Source of the DNA: Gordius albopunctatus
Taxonomy: Eukaryota
Length of the DNA: 64,000 bases
Reading direction: 5' to 3'
NCBI GenBank assembly: GCA_964276515.1
Contig: OZ193910.1
Location: 6,510,001 to 6,574,000 of the forward strand
In this document: positions 40,401 through 54,686 of the stretch, one piece after another
Layout of the letters: each line of letters begins with the position of its first letter
Position numbering within the stretch: position 1 is the first letter of the stretch
The notes under the pieces: model-generated
Told to the model about the DNA's origin: nothing
The model's database searches: none
The model's input: only the letters and a program-made list of their open reading frames with translations
Made by a program: the position numbers and the translations under genes

Positions 40401-43400
40401 GAAGGGAACCGGTGTTTTCAACGTGATATGGTCGTAACCGTAGATTTAAAGCGAAAATTGTGCTTATAAATCAGGCAAGATTCTTACTTTTTTATTTCCC
40501 ACCCATATTTTATCACTTAAAATTTACGCGAGAGCATCGAAATGTGTGTATTTTGTCGTAATCGATGACGCATTACGTGGAATATTTAACTTTTTGATTG
40601 TTGGTAGTAATTATACAGCTCGAAACAGTTTCATTATCGCGTTCTCGATTTACTTACTCCCTTTCAGACGCTATACGCCAATTCCGTTGAGGGCGGACAC
40701 CTAGCATTCTGCCCGACGCAAAATACTCTAAAATCCCTAAATCTCCTATAAAATGGCGCCTAGAATTAAAAATTAATTCACAAATGTATTCCTACGGCGT
40801 CCCCTATGTGCTAAGGATCGCACTTGATCGTAACTGGATTCAAAAAAATATTTAAAAAGGTTACAACACCCGGGATTCCCAAGCGGTCACCCATCCAAGT
40901 ACTAACCGGGCTCAACGTTGCTTAACTTCGGTGTTCGGAAGGGAACCGGTGTTTTCAACGTGATATGGTCGTAACCGTAGATTTAAAGCGAAAATTGTGC
41001 TTATAAATCAGGCAAGATTCTTACTTTTTTATTTCCCACCCATATTTTATCACTTAAAATTTACGCGAGAGCATCGAAATGTGTGTATTTTGTCGTAATC
41101 GATGACGCATTACGTGGAATATTTAACTTTTTGATTGTTGGTAGTAATTATACAGCTCGAAACAGTTTGATTATCGCGTTCTCGATTTACTTACTCCCTT
41201 TCAGACGCTATACGCCAATTCCGTTGAGGGCGGACACCTAGCATTCTGCCCGACGCAAAATACTCTAAAATCCCTAAATCTCCTATAAAATGGCGCCTAG
41301 AATTAAAAATTAATTCACAAATGTATTCCTACGGCGTCCCCTATGTGCTAAGGATCGCACTTGATCGTAACTGGATTCAAAAAAATATTTAAAAAGGTTA
41401 CAACACCCGGGATTCCCAAGCGGTCACCCATCCAAGTACTAACCGGGCTCAACGTTGCTTAACTTCGGTGTTCGGAAGGGAACCGGTGTTTTCAACGTGA
41501 TATGGTCGTAACAGTAGATTTAAAGCGTAAATTGTGCTTATAAATCAGGCAAGATTCTTACTTTTTTATTTCCCACCCATATTTTATCACTTAAAATTTA
41601 CGCGAGAGCATCGAAATGTATGTATTTTGTCGTAATCGATGACGCAATACGTGGAATATTTAACTTTTTGATTGTTGGTAGTAATTATACAGCTCGAAAC
41701 AGTTTCATTATCGCGTTTTCAGTTTACTTACTCCCTTTCAGACGGTATACGCCAATTCCGTTGAGGGCGGACACCTAGCATTCTGCCCGACGCAAAATAC
41801 TCTAAAATCCCTAAATCTCCTATAAAATGGCGCCTAGAATTAAAAATTAATTCAAAAATGTATTCCTACGGCGTCCCCTATGTGCTCAGGATCGCCCTTG
41901 ATCGTAACTGGATTCAAAAAAATATTTAAAAAGGTTACAACACCCGGGATTCCCAAGCGGTCACCCATCCAAGTACTAACCGGGCTCAACGTTGCTTAAC
42001 TTCGGTGTTCGGAAGGGAACCGGTGTTTTCAACGTGATATGGTCGTAACCGTAGATTTAAAGCGAAAATTGTGCTTATAAATCAGGCAAGATTCTTACCT
42101 TTTTATTTCCCACCCATATTTTATCACTTAAAATTTACGCGAGAGCATCGAAATGTGTGTATTTTGTCGTAATCGATGACGCATTACGTGGAATATTTAA
42201 CTTTTTGATTGTTGGTAGTAATTATACAGCTCGAAACAGTTTCATTATCGCGTTCTCGATTTACTTACTCCCTTTCAGACGCTATACGCCAATTCCGTTG
42301 AGGGCGGACACCTAGCATTCTGCCCGACGCAAAATACTCTAAAATCCCTAAATCTCCTATAAAATGGCGCCTAGAATTAAAAATTAATTCACAAATGTAT
42401 TCCTACGGCGTCCCCTATGTGCTAAGGATCGCACTTGATCGTAACTGGATTCAAAAAAATATTTAAAAAGGTTACAACACCCGGGATTCCCAAGCGGTCA
42501 CCCATCCAAGTACTAACCGGGCTCAACGTTGCTTAACTTCGGTGTTCGGAAGGGAACCGGTGTTTTCAACGTGATATGGTCGTAACCGTAGATTTAAAGC
42601 GAAAATTGTGCTTATAAATCAGGCAAGATTCTTACTTTTTTATTTCCCACCCATATTTTATCACTTAAAATTTACGCGAGAGCATCGAAATGTGTGTATT
42701 TTGTCGTAATCGATGACGCATTACGTGGAATATTTAACTTTTTGATTGTTGGTAGTAATTATACAGCTCGAAACAGTTTGATTATCGCGTTCTCGATTTA
42801 CTTACTCCCTTTCAGACGCTATACGCCAATTCCGTTGAGGGCGGACACCTAGCATTCTGCCCGACGCAAAATACTCTAAAATCCCTAAATCTCCTATAAA
42901 ATGGCGCCTAGAATTAAAAATTAATTCACAAATGTATTCCTACGGCGTCCCCTATGTGCTAAGGATCGCACTTGATCGTAACTGGATTCAAAAAAATATT
43001 TAAAAAGGTTACAACACCCGGGATTCCCAAGCGGTCACCCATCCAAGTACTAACCGGGCTCAACGTTGCTTAACTTCGGTGTTCGGAAGGGAACCGGTGT
43101 TTTCAACGTGATATGGTCGTAACAGTAGATTTAAAGCGTAAATTGTGCTTATAAATCAGGCAAGATTCTTACTTTTTTATTTCCCACCCATATTTTATCA
43201 CTTAAAATTTACGCGAGAGCATCGAAATGTATGTATTTTGTCGTAATCGATGACGCAATACGTGGAATATTTAACTTTTTGATTGTTGGTAGTAATTATA
43301 CAGCTCGAAACAGTTTCATTATCGCGTTTTCAGTTTACTTACTCCCTTTCAGACGGTATACGCCAATTCCGTTGAGGGCGGACACCTAGCATTCTGCCCG

Positions 43401-45690
43401 ACGCAAAATACTCTAAAATCCCTAAATCTCCTATAAAATGGCGCCTAGAATTAAAAATTAATTCAAAAATGTATTCCTACGGCGTCCCCTATGTGCTCAG
43501 GATCGCCCTTGATCGTAACTGGATTCAAAAAAATATTTAAAAAGGTTACAACACCCGGGATTCCCAAGCGGTCACCCATCCAAGTACTAACCGGGCTCAA
43601 CATTGCTTAACTTCGGTGTTCGGAAGGGAACCGGTGTTTTCAACGTGATATGGTCGTAACCGTAGATTTAAAGCGAAAATTGTGCTTATAAATCAGGCAA
43701 GATTCTTACTTTTTTATTTCCCACCCATATTTTATCACTTAAAATTTACGCGAGAGCATCGAAATGTGTGTATTTTGTCGTAATCGATGACGCATTACGT
43801 GGAATATTTAACTTTTTGATTGTTGGTAGTAATTATACAGCTCGAAACAGTTTCATTATCGCGTTCTCGATTTACTTACTCCCTTTCAGACGCTATACGC
43901 CAATTCCGTTGAGGGCGGACACCTAGCATTCTGCCCGACGCAAAATACTCTAAAATCCCTAAATCTCCTATAAAATGGCGCCTAGAATTAAAAATTAATT
44001 CACAAATGTATTCCTACGGCGTCCCCTATGTGCTAAGGATCGCACTTGATCGTAACTGGATTCAAAAAAATATTTAAAAAGGTTACAACACCCGGGATTC
44101 CCAAGCGGTCACCCATCCAAGTACTAACCGGGCTCAACGTTGCTTAACTTCGGTGTTCGGAAGGGAACCGGTGTTTTCAACGTGATATGGTCGTAACCGT
44201 AGATTTAAAGCGAAAATTGTGCTTATAAATCAGGCAAGATTCTTACTTTTTTATTTCCCACCCATATTTTATCACTTAAAATTTACGCGAGAGCATCGAA
44301 ATGTGTGTATTTTGTCGTAATCGATGACGCATTACGTGGAATATTTAACTTTTTGATTGTTGGTAGTAATTATACAGCTCGAAACAGTTTGATTATCGCG
44401 TTCTCGATTTACTTACTCCCTTTCAGACGCTATACGCCAATTCCGTTGAGGGCGGACACCTAGCATTCTGCCCGACGCAAAATACTCTAAAATCCCTAAA
44501 TCTCCTATAAAATGGCGCCTAGAATTAAAAATTAATTCACAAATGTATTCCTACGGCGTCCCCTATGTGCTAAGGATCGCACTTGATCGTAACTGGATTC
44601 AAAAAAATATTTAAAAAGGTTACAACACCCGGGATTCCCAAGCGGTCACCCATCCAAGTACTAACCGGGCTCAACGTTGCTTAACTTCGGTGTTCGGAAG
44701 GGAACCGGTGTTTTCAACGTGATATGGTCGTAACAGTAGATTTAAAGCGTAAATTGTGCTTATAAATCAGGCAAGATTCTTACTTTTTTATTTCCCACCC
44801 ATATTTTATCACTTAAAATTTACGCGAGAGCATCGAAATGTATGTATTTTGTCGTAATCGATGACGCAATACGTGGAATATTTAACTTTTTGATTGTTGG
44901 TAGTAATTATACAGCTCGAAACAGTTTCATTATCGCGTTTTCAGTTTACTTACTCCCTTTCAGACGGTATACGCCAATTCCGTTGAGGGCGGACACCTAG
45001 CATTCTGCCCGACGCAAAATACTCTAAAATCCCTAAATCTCCTATAAAATGGCGCCTAGAATTAAAAATTAATTCACAAATGTATTCCTACGGCGTCCCC
45101 TATGTGCTCAGGATCGCCCTTGATCGTAACTGGATTCAAAAAAATATTTAAAAAGGTTACAACACCCGGGATTCCCAAGCGGTCACCCATCCAAGTACTA
45201 ACCGGGCTCAACATTGCTTAACTTCGGTGTTCGGAAGGGAACCGGTGTTTTCAACGTGATATGGTCGTAACCGTAGATTTAAAGCGAAAATTGTGCTTAT
45301 AAATCAGGCAAGATTCTTACTTTTTTATTTCCCACCCATATTTTATCACTTAAAATTTACGCGAGAGCATCGAAATGTGTGTATTTTGTCGTAATCGATG
45401 ACGCATTACGTGGAATATTTAACTTTTTGATTGTTGGTAGTAATTATACAGCTCGAAACAGTTTCATTATCGCGTTCTCGATTTACTTACTCCCTTTCAG
45501 ACGCTATACGCCAATTCCGTTGAGGGCGGACACCTAGCATTCTGCCCGACGCAAAATACTCTAAAATCCCTAAATCTCCTATAAAATGGCGCCTAGAATT
45601 AAAAATTAATTCACAAATGTATTCCTACGGCGTCCCCTATGTGCTAAGGATCGCACTTGATCGTAACTGGATTCAAAAAAATATTTAAAA

Positions 45691-45809
45691 AGGTTACAAC
45701 ACCCGGGATTCCCAAGCGGTCACCCATCCAAGTACTAACCGGGCTCAACGTTGCTTAACTTCGGTGTTCGGAAGGGAACCGGTGTTTTCAACGTGATATG
45801 GTCGTAACC
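45691..45809 (-). rRNA. 5S rRNA: 5S ribosomal RNA (last copy in the window matching the consensus)
   Basis: Identical to consensus. Every later copy carries at least one substitution or deletion. Confidence 0.9.
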
Positions 45810-48369
45810 GTAGATTTAAAGCGAAAATTGTGCTTATAAATCAGGCAAGATTCTTACTTTTTTATTTCCCACCCATATTTTATCACTTAAAATTTACGCG
45901 AGAGCATCGAAATGTGTGTATTTTGTCGTAATCGATGACGCATTACGTGGAATATTTAACTTTTTGATTGTTGGTAGTAATTATACAGCTCGAAACAGTT
46001 TCATTATCGCGTTCTCGATTTACTTACTCCCTTTCAGACGCTATACGCCAATTCCGTTGAGGGCGGACACCTAGCATTCTGCCCGACGCAAAATACTCTA
46101 AAATCCCTAAATCTCCTATAAAATGGCGCCTAGAATTAAAAATTAATTCACAAATGTATTCCTACGGCGTCCCCTATGTGCTAAGGATCGCCCCTGATCG
46201 TAACTGGATTCAAAAAAATATTTAAAAAGGTTACAACACCCGGGATTCCCAAGCGGTCACCCATCCAAGTACTAACCGGGCTCAACGTTGCTTAACTTCG
46301 GTGTTCGGAAGGGAACCGGTGTTTTCAACGTGATATGGTCGTAACAGTAGATTTAAAGGGAAAATTGTGCTTATAAATCAGGCAAGATTCTTACTTTTTT
46401 ATTTCCCACCCATATTTTATCACTTAAAATTTACGCGAGAGCATCGAAATGTATGTATTTTGTCGTAATCGATGACGCATTACGTGTAATATTTAACTTT
46501 TTGATTGTTGGTAATAATTATACAGCTCGAAACAGTTTCATTATCGCGTTCTCGATGTACTTACTCCCTTTCAGACGCTATACGCCAATTCCGTTGAGGA
46601 CGGACACCTAGCATTCTGCCCGACGCAAAATACTCTAAAATCTCTAAATCTCCTATAAAATGGCGCCTAGAATTAAAAATTAATTCACAAATGTATTCCT
46701 ACGGCGTCCCCTATGTGCTCAGGATCGCCCTTGATCGTAACTGGATTCAAAAAAATATTTAAAAAGGTTACAACACCCGGGATTCCCAAGCGGTCACCCA
46801 TCCAAGTACTAACCGGGCTCAACATTGCTTAACTTCGGTGTTCGGAAGGGAACCGGTGTTTTCAACGTGATATGGTCGTAACCGTAGATTTAAAGGGAAA
46901 ATTGTGCTTATAAATCAGGCAAGATTCTTACTTTTTTATTTCCCACCCATATTTTATCACTTAAAATTTACGCGAGAGCATCGAAATGTATGTATTTTGT
47001 CGTAATCGATGACGCATTACGTGTAATATTTAACTTTTTGATTGTTGGTAGTAATTATACAGCTCGAAACAGTTTCATTATCGCGTTCTCGATTTACTTA
47101 CTCCCTTTCAGACGCTATACGCCAATTCCATTGAGGGCGGACACCTAGCATTCTGCCCGACGCAAAATACTCTAAAATCCCTAAATCTCCTATAAAATGG
47201 CGCCTAGAATTAAAAATATATTACACAAATGTATTCCTACGGCGTCCCCTATGTGCTAAGGATCGCACTTGATCGTAACTGGATTCAAAAAAATATTTAA
47301 AAAGGTTACAACACCCGGGATTCCCAAGCGGTCACCCATCCAACTACTAACCGGGCTCAACGTTGCTTAACTTCGGTGTTCGGAAGGGAACCGGTGTTTT
47401 CAACGTGATATGGTCGTAACCGTAGATTTAAAGCGAAAATTGTGCTTATAAATCAGGCAAGATTCTTACTTTTTAATTTCCCACCCATATTTTATCACTT
47501 AAAATTGACGCGAGAGCATCGAAATGTGTGTATTTTGTCGTAATCGATGACGCAATACGTGGAATATTTAACTTTTAGATTGTTGGTAGTAATTATACAG
47601 CTCGAAACAGTTTCATTTTCGCGTTCTCGGTTTACTTACTCCCTTCCAGACGCCAATATGCCAATTCCGTTGAGAGCGGACACCTAACATTCTGCCCGAC
47701 GCAAAATACTCTAAAATCCGTAAATCTCCTATAAAATGGCGCCTAGAACCAAAAATCAATTCACAAATGTATTCCTACGGCGTCCCCTATGTGCTAAGGA
47801 TCGCCCCTGATCGTAACTGGATTCAAAAAAATATTTAAAAAGGTTACAACACCCGGGATTCCAAAGCGGTCACCCATCGAAGTACTAACCGGGCTCAACG
47901 TTGCTTAACTTCGGTGTTCGGAAGGGAACCGGTGTTTTCAACGTGATATGGTCGTAACCGTAGATTTAAAGCGAAAATTGTGCTTATAAATCAGGCAAGA
48001 TTCTTACTTTTTAATTTCCCACCCATATTTTATCACTTAAAATTGACGCGAGAGCATCGAAATGTGTGTATTTTGTCGTAATCGATGACGCAATACGTGG
48101 AATATTTAACTTTTTGATTGTTGGTAGTAATTACACAGCTCGAAACAGTTTCATTATCGCGTTCTCGATTTACTTAGTCCCTTTCAGACGCTATACGCCA
48201 ATTCCGTTGAGGACGGACACCTAGCATTCTGCCCGACGCAAAATACTCTAAAATCCCTAAATCTCCTATAAAATGGTGCCTAGAATTAAAAATTAATTCA
48301 CAAATGTATTCCTAAGGCGTCCCCTATGTGCTAAGGATCGCCACTGATCGTAACTGGATTCAAAAAAAT

Positions 48370-48438
48370 TGGCTCAACGTTGCTTAACTTCGGTGTTCGG
48401 AAGGGAACCGGTGTTTTCAACGTGATATGGTCGTAACC
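48370..48438 (-). pseudogene. 5S rRNA: 3'-truncated 5S (nt 1-69 only; 58-bp deletion)
   Basis: ttcaaaaaaat is joined directly to (t)ggctcaacg; box C and the first terminator are lost. Confidence 0.9.
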
Positions 48439-51400
48439 CTAGATTTAAAGCGAAAATTGTGCTTATAAATCAGGCAAGATTCTTACTTTTTTATTTCCCG
48501 CCCATATTTTATCACTTAAAATTGACGCGAGAGCATCGAAGTGTGTGTATTTTGTCGTAATCGATGACGCAATACGTGGAATATTTAACTTTTTGATTGT
48601 TGGTAGTAATTATACAGCTCGAAACAGTTTCATTTTCGCGTTCTCGGTTTACTTACTCCCTTTCAGACGCCATTACGCCAATTCCGTTGAGGGCGGACAA
48701 CTAACATTCTGCCCGACGCAAAATACTCTAAAATCCTAAATCTCCTATAAAATGGCGCCTAGAAAAATTAGTTCACAAATGTATTCCTACGGCGTCCCCT
48801 ATGTGCTAAGGATCGCCACTGATTGTAACTGGATTCAAAAAAATATTTAAAAAGGTTCCAACACCCGGGATTCCCAAGCGGTCACCCATCCAACTACTAA
48901 CCGGGCTCAACGTTGCTTAACTTGGGTGTTCGGAAGGGAACCGGGGTTTTCAACGTGATATGGTCGTAACCGTAGATTTAAAGCGAAAATTGTGCTTATA
49001 AATCAGGAAAGATTCTTACTTTTTAATTTACCACCCATATTTTATCACTTAAAATTGACGCGAGAGCATCGAAATGTGTGTATTTTGTCGTAATCGATGA
49101 CGCAATGCGTGGAATATTTAACTTTTAGATTGTTGGTAGTAATTATACAGCTCGAACCAGTTTCATTTTCGCCTTCTCGGTTTACTTACTCCCTTTCAGA
49201 CGCCATTACGCCAATTCCGTTGAGGGCGGACACCTAACATTCTGCCCGACGCAAAATACTCTAAAATCCTAAATCTCCTATAAAATGGCGCCTAGAATCA
49301 AAAATTAATTCACAAATGTATTCCTACGGCGTCCCCTATGTGCTAAGGATCGCCCCTGATCGTAACTGGATTCAAAAAAATATTTAAAAAGGTTCCAACA
49401 CCCGGGATTCCCAAGCGGTCACCCATCCAACTACTAACCGGGCTCAACGTTGCTTAACTTCGGTGTTCGGAAGGGAACCGGTGTTTTCAACGTGATATGG
49501 TCGTAACCGTAGATTTAAAGCGAAAATTGTGCTTATAAATCAGGCAAGATTCTTACTTTTTAATTTCCCACCCATATTTTATCACTTAAAATTGACGCGA
49601 GAGCATCGAAATGTGTGTATTTTGTCGTAATCGATGACGCAATACGTGGAATATTTAACTTTTAGATTGTTGGTAGTAATTATACAGCTCGAAACAGTTT
49701 CATTATCGCGTTCTCGGTTTACTTACTCCCTTCCAGACGCCATTACGCCAATTCCGTTGAGAGCGGACACCTAACATTCTGCCCGACGCAAAATACTCTA
49801 AAATCCGTAAATCTCCTATAAAATGGCGCCTAGAATCAAAAATTAATTCACAAATGTATTCCTACGGCGTCCCCTATGTGCTAAGGATCGCCCCTGATCG
49901 TAACTGGATTCAAAAAAATATTTAAAAAGGTTCCAACACCCGGGATTCCCAAGCGGTTACCCATCCAACTACTAACCGGGCTCAACGTTGCTTAACTTGG
50001 GTGTTCGGAAGGGAACCGGTGTTTTCAACGTGATATGGTCGTAACCGTAGATTTAAAGCGAAAATTGTGCTTATAAATCAGGCAAGATTCTTACTTTTTA
50101 ATTTCCCACCCATATTTTATCACTTAAAATTGACGCGAGAGCATCGAAATGTGTGTATTTTGTCGTAATCGATGACGCAATGCGTGGAATATTTAACTTT
50201 TAGATTGTTGGTAGTAATTATACAGCTCGAAACAGTTTCATTTTCGCGTTCTCGGTTTACTTACTCCCTTTCAGACGCCATTAAGCCAATTCCGTTGAGG
50301 GCGGACACCTAACATTCTGCCCGACGCAAAATACTCTAAAATCCTAAATCTCCTATAAAATGGCGCCTAGAATCAAATATTAATTCACAAATGTATTCCT
50401 ACGGCGTGCCCTATGTGCTAAGGATCGCCCCTGATCGTAACTGGATTCAAAAAAATATTTAAAAAGGTTCCAACACCCGGGATTCCCAAGCGGTCACCCA
50501 TCCAACTACTAACCGGGCTCAACGTTGCTTAACTTCGGTGTTCGGAAGGGAACCGGTGTTTTCAACGTGATATGGTCGTAACCGTAGATTTAAAGCGAAA
50601 ATTGTGCTTATAAATCAGGCAAGATTCTTACTTTTTAATTTCCCACCCATATTTTATCACTTAAAATTGACGCGAGAGCATCGAAATGTGTGTATTTTGT
50701 CGTAATCGATGACGCAATACGTGGAATATTTAACTTTTAGATTGTTGGTAGTAATTATACAGCTCGAAACAGTTTCATTATCGCGTTCTCGGTTTACTTA
50801 CTCCCTTTCAGACGCCATTACGCCAATTCCGTTGAGGGCGGACACCTAACATTCTGCCCGACGCAAAATACTCTAAAATCCTAAATCTCCTATAAAATGG
50901 CGCCTAGAAAAATTAGTTCACAAATGTATTCCTACGGCGTGCCCTATGTGCTAAGGATCGCCCCTGATCGTAACTGGATTCCAAAAAATTTTTAAAAAGG
51001 TTACAACACCCGGGATTCCCAAGCGGTCACCCATCGAAGTACTAACCGGGCTCAACGTTGCTTAACTTCGGTGTTCGGAAGGGAACCGGTGTTTTCAACG
51101 TGATATGGTCGTAACCGTAGATTTAAAGCGAAAATTGTGCTTATAAATCAGGCAAGATTCTTACTTTTTTATTTCCCACCCATATTTTATCACTTAAAAT
51201 TGACGCGAGAGCATCGAAATGTGTGTATTTTGTCGTAATCTATGACGCAATACGTGGAATATTTAACTTTTAGATCGTTGGTAGTAATTATACAGCTCGA
51301 AACAGTTTCATTTTCGCGTTCTCGGTTTACTTACTCCCTTCCAGACGCCATTGCGCCAATTCCGTTGAGAGCGGACACCTAACATTCTGCCCGACGCAAA

Positions 51401-53131
51401 ATACTCTAAAATCCGTAAATCTCCTATAAAATGGCGCCTAGAATCAAATATTAATTCACAAATGTATTCCTACGGCGTGCCCTATGTGCTAAGGATCGCC
51501 CCTGATCGTAACTGGATTCAAAAAAATATTTAAAAAGGTTCCAACACCCGGGATTCCCAAGCGGTCACCCATCCAACTACTAACCGGGCTCAACGTTGCT
51601 TAACTTGGGTGTTCGGAAGGGAACCGGGGTTTTCAACGTGATATGGTCGTAACCGTAGATTTAAAGCGAAAATTGTGCTTATAAATCAGGCAAGATTCTT
51701 ACTTTTTAATTTCCCACCCATATTTTATCACTTAAAATTGACGCGAGAGCATCGAAATGTGTGTATTTTGTCGTAATCGATGACGCAATACGTGGAATAT
51801 TTAACTTTTAGATTGTTGGTAGTAATTATACAGCTCGAAACAGTTTCATTTTCGCGTTCTCGGTTTACTTACTCCCTTCCAGACGCCATTGCGCCAATTC
51901 CGTTGAGAGCGGACACCTAACATTCTGCCCGACGCAAAATACTCTAAAATCCGTAAATCTCCTATAAAATGGCGCCTAGAATCCAATATTAATTCACAAA
52001 TGTATTCCTACGGCGTGCCCTATGTGCTAAGGATCGCCCCTGATCGTAACTGGATTCAAAAAAATATTTAAAAAGGTTCCAACACCCGGGATTCCCAAGC
52101 GGTCACCCATCCAACTACTAACCGGGCTCAACGTTGCTTAACTTGGGTGTTCGGAAGGGAACCGGGGTTTTCAACGTGATATGGTCGTAACCGTAGATTT
52201 AAAGCGAAAATTGTGCTTATAAATCAGGCAAGATTCTTACTTTTTTATTTCCCACCCATATTTTATCACTTAAAATTGACGCGAGAGCATCGAAATGTGT
52301 GTATTTTGTCGTAATCGATGACGCAATACGTGGAATATTTAACTTTTTGATTGTTGGTAGTAATTATACAGCTCGAAACAGTTTCATTATCGCGTTCTCG
52401 GTTTACTTACTCCCTTTCAGACGCCATTACGCCAATTCCGTTGAGGGCGGACACCTAACATTCTGCCCGACGCAAAATACTCTAAAATCCTAAATCTCCT
52501 ATAAAATGGCGCCTAGAAAAATTAGTTCACAAATGTATTCCTACGGCGTCCCCTATGTGCTAAGGATCGCCACTGATTGTAACTGGATTCCAAAAAATTT
52601 TTAAAAAGGTTACAACACCCGGGATTCCCAAGCGGTCACCCATCGAAGTACTAACCGGGCTCAACGTCGCTTAACTTTGGTGTTCGGAAGGGAACCGGTG
52701 TTTTCAACGTGATATGGTCGTAACCGTAGATTTAAAGCGAAAATTGTGCTTATAAATCAGGCAAGATTCTTACTTTTTTATTTCCCACCCATATTTTATC
52801 ACTTAAAATTGACGCGAGAGCATCGAAATGTGTGTATTTTGTCTTAATCGATGACGCAATACGTGGAATATTTAACTTTTAGATTGTTGGTAGTAATTAT
52901 ACAGCTCGAAACAGTTTCATTTTCGCGTTCTCTGTTTACTTACTCCCTTTCAGACGCCATTACGCCAATTCCGTTGAGGGCGGACACCTAACATTCTGCC
53001 CGACGCAAAATACTCTAAAATCCTAAATCTCCTATAAAATGGCGCCTAGAAAAATTAGTTCACAAATGTATTCCTAAGGCGTCCCCTATGTGCTAAGGAT
53101 CGCCACTGATCGTAACTGGATTCAAAAAAAT

Positions 53132-53200
53132 GGGCTCAACGTTGCTTAACTTCGGTGTTCGGAAGGGAACCGGAGTTTTCAACGTGATATGGTCGTAACC
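53132..53200 (-). pseudogene. 5S rRNA: 3'-truncated 5S (nt 1-69)
   Basis: Same 58-bp deletion junction, aaaaaaat|gggctc. Confidence 0.9.
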
Positions 53201-53610
53201 CTAGATTTAAAGCGAAAATTGTGCTTATAAATCAGGCAAGATTCTTACTTTTTTATTTCCCACCCATATTTTATCACTTAAAATTGACGCGAGAGCATCG
53301 AAGTGTGTGTATTTTGTCGTAATCGATGACGCAATACGTGGAATATTTAACTTTTTGATTGTTGGTAGTAATTATACAGCTCGAAACAGTTTCATTATCG
53401 CGTTCTCGATTTACTTACTCCCTTTCAGACGCTATACGCCAATTCCGTTGAGGACGGACACCTAGCATTCTGCCCGACGCAAAATACTCTAAAATCCGTA
53501 AATCCCCTATAAAATAGCGCCTAGAATTAAAAATTAATTCACAAATGTATTCCTACGGCGTCCCCTATGTGCTAAGGATCGACCCTGATCGTAACTGGAT
53601 TCAAAAAAAT

Positions 53611-53679
53611 GGGCTCAACGTTGCTTAACTTCGGTGTTCGGAAGGGAACCGGTGTTTTCAACGTGATATGGTCGTAACC
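53611..53679 (-). pseudogene. 5S rRNA: 3'-truncated 5S (nt 1-69)
   Basis: Same junction. Confidence 0.9.
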
Positions 53680-54098
53680 CTAGATTTAAAGCGAAAATTG
53701 TGCTTATAAATCAGGCAAGATTCTTACTTTTTTATTTCCCACCCATATTTTATCACTTAAAATTGACGCGAGAGCCTCGAAGTGTGTGTATTTTGTCGTA
53801 ATCGATGACGCAATACGTGGAATATTTAACTTTTTGATTGTTGGTAGTAATTATACAGCTGGAAACAGTTTCATTATCGCGTTCTCGGTTTACTTACTCC
53901 CTTCCAGACGCCATTACGCCAATTCCGTTGAGAGCGGACACCTAACATTCTGCCCGACGCAAAATACTCTAAAATCCGTAAATCTCCTATAAAATGGCGC
54001 CTAGAATCAAAAATTAATTCACAAATGTATTCCTACGGCGTCCCCTATGTGCTAAGGATCGCCCCTGATCGTAACTGGATTCAAAAAAATATTTAAAA

Positions 54099-54202
54099 AG
54101 GTTACAACACCAAGGATTCCCAAGCGGTCACCCATCCAAGTACTAACCGGGCTCAACGTTGCTTAACTTCGGTGATGTTTTCAACGTGATATGGTCGTAA
54201 CC
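54099..54202 (-). pseudogene. 5S rRNA: 5S with an internal net 15-bp deletion of helix III/loop C (104 nt); also 55106-55209, 57184-57287, 61877-61980, 62884-62987, 63407-63510
   Basis: cggtg-ttcggaagggaaccgg-tgttttc is replaced by cggtg-a-tgttttc, always together with cacccggg>caccaagg. Confidence 0.9.
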
Positions 54203-54617
54203 GTAGATTTAAAGCGAAAATTGTGCTTATAAATCAGGCAAGATTCTTACTTTTTATTTCCCACCCATATTTTATCACTTAAAATTGACGCGAGAGCATC
54301 GAAATGTGTGTATTTTGTCGTAATCGATGACGCAATACGTGGAATATTTAACTTTTTGATTGTTGGTAGTAATTCTAATTATACAGCTCGAAACAGTTTC
54401 ATTATCGCGTTCTCGATTTACTTACTCCCTTTCAGACGCTATACGCCAATTCCGTTGAGGGCGGACACCTAACATTCTGCCTGACGCAAAATACTCTAAA
54501 ATCAGTAAATCTCCTATAAAATGGCGCCTAGAATTAAAAATTAATTCACAAATGTATTCCTACGGCGTCCCCTATGTGCTAAGGATCGCCCCTGATCGTA
54601 ACTGGATTCAAAAAAAT

Positions 54618-54686
54618 GGGCTCAACGTTGCTTAACTTCGGTGTTCGGAAGGGAACCGGTGTTTTCAACGTGATATGGTCGTAACC
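54618..54686 (-). pseudogene. 5S rRNA: 3'-truncated 5S (nt 1-69)
   Basis: Same junction. Confidence 0.9.
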
